This document shows, piece by piece, positions 15,151-17,945 of a stretch of DNA of 17,945 nt (positions are counted from its first letter, which is position 1; every line of letters begins with the position of its first letter). The stretch lies in the IMG/VR virus record IMGVR_UViG_3300008262_000052; one strand, written 5' to 3'. Made by a program: the position numbers and the translations under genes. The DNA comes from a virus (Duplodnaviria > Heunggongvirae > Uroviricota > Caudoviricetes). Below the pieces are notes generated by a model. That model was not told the origin of the DNA. It saw nothing but the letters and a program-made list of their open reading frames with translations, and did no database searches.

Positions 15151-15446
15151 TGTTAGTAGAAGAGATCGTAGAAGGATGGAAGCCAGTTTGGGGTCGCGGT
15201 AAGAAGGGCGTTGTACGTCGTTATCGTTGCACAGATGGTAAGAAAAAAGGCCGTGTGGTGGCAAAACCTGCTACCTGCAACACAGCAGTATCTATGAGCA
15301 AGAGTGCTACTCTTAAAAAGACACGTAGAACCAAGGGCAAAGCACAAGCAATTAAACAGATTTCTAGATTAAAACATCCTACCAGCAAAAGAATTAAAAA
15401 ACTTAACAAGCCAAGACCAAAGTACAAAAGGAAACTTCGCAAATGA
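15150..15446 (+). CDS. Highly basic putative internal head/DNA-binding protein B (98 aa)
   Basis: Shares VWGR..VVRxYRCTxG..GRVVAK...C with protein A; TAATG overlap. Confidence 0.75.
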   Translation: MLVEEIVEGWKPVWGRGKKGVVRRYRCTDGKKKGRVVAKPATCNTAVSMSKSATLKKTRRTKGKAQAIKQISRLKHPTSKRIKKLNKPRPKYKRKLRK

Positions 15447-15904
15447 GAGCCGACGAGTTTATCAAAGAAGATACAAAACTAGACGAAATACTCCCATTGG
15501 TAATCGGTGCTGCAAGAGGTTTAGCAGCAGGTGCTAAACTAGGTGCTAAGGCTGTTGGCGCAGCATCAAAGATCGGCGGGCAGGTAGCAAAGGCAGTGGG
15601 TTCAACAACATCTAAAGTAGGGCAAGCCTTGGGCAGCACAGGATCCACCACAGTTTCTAATCCTCCTCAACAGCCCAATCAAGCACAAAATCGCGATATT
15701 GAACAAGCAAAAGATAAATTGATTCAACCGGGTAAACAAATTCCACTGCCCAACACAGCCAAAGGTGGCGTACAAAATTATAAAGTAACCAAAGTACAAG
15801 GTGACGATGTAGAAATCGAAAACCCTGACGCACTAAAAGACCCAACTGCACCTAAAAAAGTCGTTTATAAGAAGCAAGATCTAAAAAGGTCGATAGCAAT
15901 ATGA
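15443..15904 (+). CDS. Putative internal head/ejection protein (153 aa)
   Basis: MRADEFIKE..LDE leader, Gly/Ala/Lys amphipathic segment and small beta-rich C-terminal domain. Confidence 0.7.
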   Translation: MRADEFIKEDTKLDEILPLVIGAARGLAAGAKLGAKAVGAASKIGGQVAKAVGSTTSKVGQALGSTGSTTVSNPPQQPNQAQNRDIEQAKDKLIQPGKQIPLPNTAKGGVQNYKVTKVQGDDVEIENPDALKDPTAPKKVVYKKQDLKRSIAI

Positions 15905-16107
15905 AATTAAACGAATTATTAAAAGATTTTGATATTCATACCAGCAATGAAGAACGTTCAATGCTTGACAAGATAAAATCTCCGTGCTATATTGAGACAT
16001 TCACCGAAAGAGAAAAGTTCGTTATCGAAAACTTAATACGCAAAAGTCTTCTTTCCAAGGTGTATCATAAAGGATCAATGGTGGTACTTCCAAATGAAAA
16101 ATCTTGA
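15901..16107 (+). CDS. Hypothetical protein (68 aa)
   Basis: ATGA overlap; MKLNEL N-terminus. Confidence 0.75.
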   Translation: MKLNELLKDFDIHTSNEERSMLDKIKSPCYIETFTEREKFVIENLIRKSLLSKVYHKGSMVVLPNEKS

Positions 16108-16525
16108 ACAGGCTGTTTCAGAACTAGAAAATCTTATAGAATTTAAAATCAAAGATTACTTAATACCAGAACACAAAGGTAATACTATTCGTATTGACAG
16201 TATTCTTATTAGACCTAGCAAAACGCATGGGTACATTTTGGTTGATACAAAAAACAACAAAACTGTTACTACAACCTTTAGTAAGATCGGTGCCGTTGCA
16301 GTTGCAAAGGCATATGCTAAATCAAAGCCCTGGCGTGGATTAATGCACTACGATCGAGTGATAGAGAAAAACTATAACGATAGTCAATTTTATAATCATA
16401 TTATTGAAACCACAGAAAACCATCCACGACGTGTGGCAATGGAATCTCTGCTGGAGATATCCACAGACAAGATCGATAATGCAAAACGTGTTCTAGACGG
16501 GTTCATTCTTTCCGACATTAGATAA
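16094..16525 (+). CDS. Hypothetical protein (143 aa)
   Basis: Overlaps the previous gene by 14 nt and continues the operon. Confidence 0.75.
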   Translation: MKNLEQAVSELENLIEFKIKDYLIPEHKGNTIRIDSILIRPSKTHGYILVDTKNNKTVTTTFSKIGAVAVAKAYAKSKPWRGLMHYDRVIEKNYNDSQFYNHIIETTENHPRRVAMESLLEISTDKIDNAKRVLDGFILSDIR

Positions 16526-16556
16526 ATAAAAATAAAGCATTATAGGAAACCCAACT

Positions 16557-17387
16557 ATGCAACTTAGAGAATTCGCAAAACCAGTCACTGCCAAGTCATT
16601 AAACGAAAGCCTAGCCGCACGTTTTGGACAAAAAATCAATCTAGAGCGTTTCACGCTAGAGCAACTTCAAGATGTTCGTAACAGAATACGTACACAGTTA
16701 AGTCAAGTTGAAACCAATGAATCATTTGATTCAGTACACAACGAAACTTATCAAAAGTCAAAACTAATGTTAGATGTATTAAATGCAGCAATCAGTGAAC
16801 GTGGACATGTGGATGACGAATCATTAGAAGAAAGCACATTGCGTGAGGGCGCAGAGGACACAGCCGAATTGGTCATGGCTGCAAAAGAAATGGTCGATCG
16901 TATCACCAGTTGGATGGAAGATACAGCAGAAATGCAAACAGAAAGCATGTTAGAACTTGCAGACGCTATTCGTGACGAAATGGGTCAAGAGTCAGCAGAC
17001 AGTTTCACCAATGCAGTTAGACCTGCACTGGAAAGCCTTTATGCTGCATTGGAATCAACTCGCACAGCACTAACTGGCGGTGTTGGCACACTAACAGGCG
17101 AAGGTGGTCCAATGCCAATGGGCGGAGAAGATGACATGGACATGAGCATGGAACCAACTGTGGACGACGAGATGCCCACAGACGACATGGATGCAGGCAT
17201 GGACATGGATGAACCTGCAGATGACGAGTTCGGTGCAGCAGAGCCAGCAACCGGCGGTGAAGAGCCAGCAGGTCGTGCCAAGCGGGAATCAAAAAGTTAC
17301 AACATGAGTAAGATTCTTGGACGTGTCAAAGCAAACGAAACTGTTAACCCAACTCGTTTAGCAAGTATCCTTTCAAAAAAAAAGTAA
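16557..17387 (+). CDS. Acidic coiled-coil protein, possibly head scaffold or core (276 aa)
   Basis: TAAATA at 16523 and AGGA SD; long helical region, D/E/M-rich low-complexity linker, ends SKKK-stop. Confidence 0.7.
   Translation: MQLREFAKPVTAKSLNESLAARFGQKINLERFTLEQLQDVRNRIRTQLSQVETNESFDSVHNETYQKSKLMLDVLNAAISERGHVDDESLEESTLREGAEDTAELVMAAKEMVDRITSWMEDTAEMQTESMLELADAIRDEMGQESADSFTNAVRPALESLYAALESTRTALTGGVGTLTGEGGPMPMGGEDDMDMSMEPTVDDEMPTDDMDAGMDMDEPADDEFGAAEPATGGEEPAGRAKRESKSYNMSKILGRVKANETVNPTRLASILSKKK
17375..17387 (+). other. Candidate -1 frameshift / slippage site (A9 run; A_AAA_AAG followed by TAA)
   Basis: In-frame X_XXY_YYZ heptamer at 17378-17384; the -1 frame is open from 17348 to 17692. 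Confidence 0.65.
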
Positions 17388-17692
17388 CTGAGAATATCGA
17401 TACAGACAAGTTGTATCAGGTGTTAACCCTTTTGAAAAACAAAGGGTTAACAAAATTTAACATCCAACAATTAGATAGATATATGCAAAACGTAGGCGGA
17501 CAACAGTTCTCTTACGATGTGTTCAAAGCAGCATATGACTCAGATGACAAGATCCGTGGTCTAATAAAAGATTTCAATCAAGATTCTATTACACTAAAGA
17601 CACGTGAACTTGATGATGTTGGCGGTGGTACTGCGTCTAAAAAAGATGTCGTTGGCCAAATGGCCAAACGTGCTACCAAAATAGGCTCTTGA
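17381..17692 (+). CDS. Downstream coding region in the -1 frame (KVTENIDTDKLYQVLTLL...), probably translated as a frameshift extension
   Basis: Track ORF 17411..17692 starts at a TTG with no SD; the frame extends upstream through the A-run. Confidence 0.65.
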   Translation, partial: KVTENIDTDKLYQVLTLLKNKGLTKFNIQQLDRYMQNVGGQQFSYDVFKAAYDSDDKIRGLIKDFNQDSITLKTRELDDVGGGTASKKDVVGQMAKRATKIGS

Positions 17693-17717
17693 CTTCTTTA
17701 GAAAAAAATGTTATATT
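17689..17717 (+). promoter_or_regulatory. Sigma70-type promoter TTGACT-N17-TATATT with extended TGn
   Basis: Direct sequence reading; GGAGAG SD before ATG 17738. Confidence 0.75.
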
Positions 17718-17737
17718 AAGTCAAACTGGAGAGACCC

Positions 17738-17944
17738 ATGACTGAAAGAACAAAAGAAGTAATTAGTGAAAACATCAAACAAATTTTAAATGAGTATGTA
17801 CAACCATATGTGGAACAACACGGCGGCGAAGTTCGTTTTGTAGAGTACGACAACGGCCGAGTGAAACTAGAAATGAGTGGTGCATGTTCTGGTTGCTCAG
17901 GTAGCACAGCAACACTTCAATTTGGTATTAAAAATCTATTAACC
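17738..17944 (+). CDS. Nfu/NifU C-terminal domain Fe-S cluster carrier protein; 3' partial
   Basis: Manual translation MTERTKEVISENIKQILNEYVQPYVEQHGGEVRFVEYDNGRVKLEMSGACSGCSGSTATLQFGIKNLLT has the VxPxVxxHGG..GACxGC..TL Nfu signature. Confidence 0.88.
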   Translation, partial: MTERTKEVISENIKQILNEYVQPYVEQHGGEVRFVEYDNGRVKLEMSGACSGCSGSTATLQFGIKNLLT

Positions 17945-17945
17945 A

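Noticed and set aside
1732-17292. Numerous 60-120 aa track ORFs antisense to, or nested within, long genes (e.g. 1732..1977, 3118..3426, 6319..6687, 9379..9579, 13216..13464, 17039..17281)
   Set aside because: They overlap well-supported genes, lack SD or promoter context, and show no recognisable motifs.
17716-17907. 63-aa minus-strand track ORF
   Set aside because: It is the antisense shadow of the Nfu gene on the plus strand.
1-17945. tRNA, rRNA, integrase or transposase genes
   Set aside because: No cloverleaf or T-loop signatures and no recombinase or transposase motifs were recognised by eye; tRNAscan-SE would confirm.

Overview
This window looks like part of a large T4-like (Tevenvirinae-style late-promoter) tailed phage genome, probably infecting an alphaproteobacterium. 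The host call is inferred from the PstS type and a DUF1127 small protein. From left to right it contains: (1) the 3' part of a proline-free, Thr-rich collagen-like fibre gene, followed by a coupled cassette of two large and two small paralogous fibre-associated genes; (2) a 1116-aa four-domain GT4-GT2-GT2-FkbM methyltransferase fusion; (3) a minus-strand island of six stop/start-overlapped small ORFs (five are missing from the ORF track; they include DUF1127 and DUF3563-like proteins) plus a 102-aa ORF, divergent from a host-like pstS that has a canonical Pho-box promoter; (4) a late-promoter membrane protein plus class 3 lipase pair; (5) a plus-strand late cluster of probable head-packaged proteins with T4 capsid-targeting-like N-termini, including a Pol-beta nucleotidyltransferase, a KxDG ligase-like protein, a decoration-like protein and two basic paralogues, ending in an acidic coiled-coil gene with a strong candidate -1 frameshift (A_AAA_AAG-stop); (6) the start of an Nfu/NifU-type Fe-S carrier gene under a sigma70 promoter. 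The leading candidates for new biology are the pstS/Pho box/DUF1127 module, which may manipulate the host PhoR-PhoB system, and the frameshift at 17378-17387. All family assignments come from motif recognition by eye, not from database searches.
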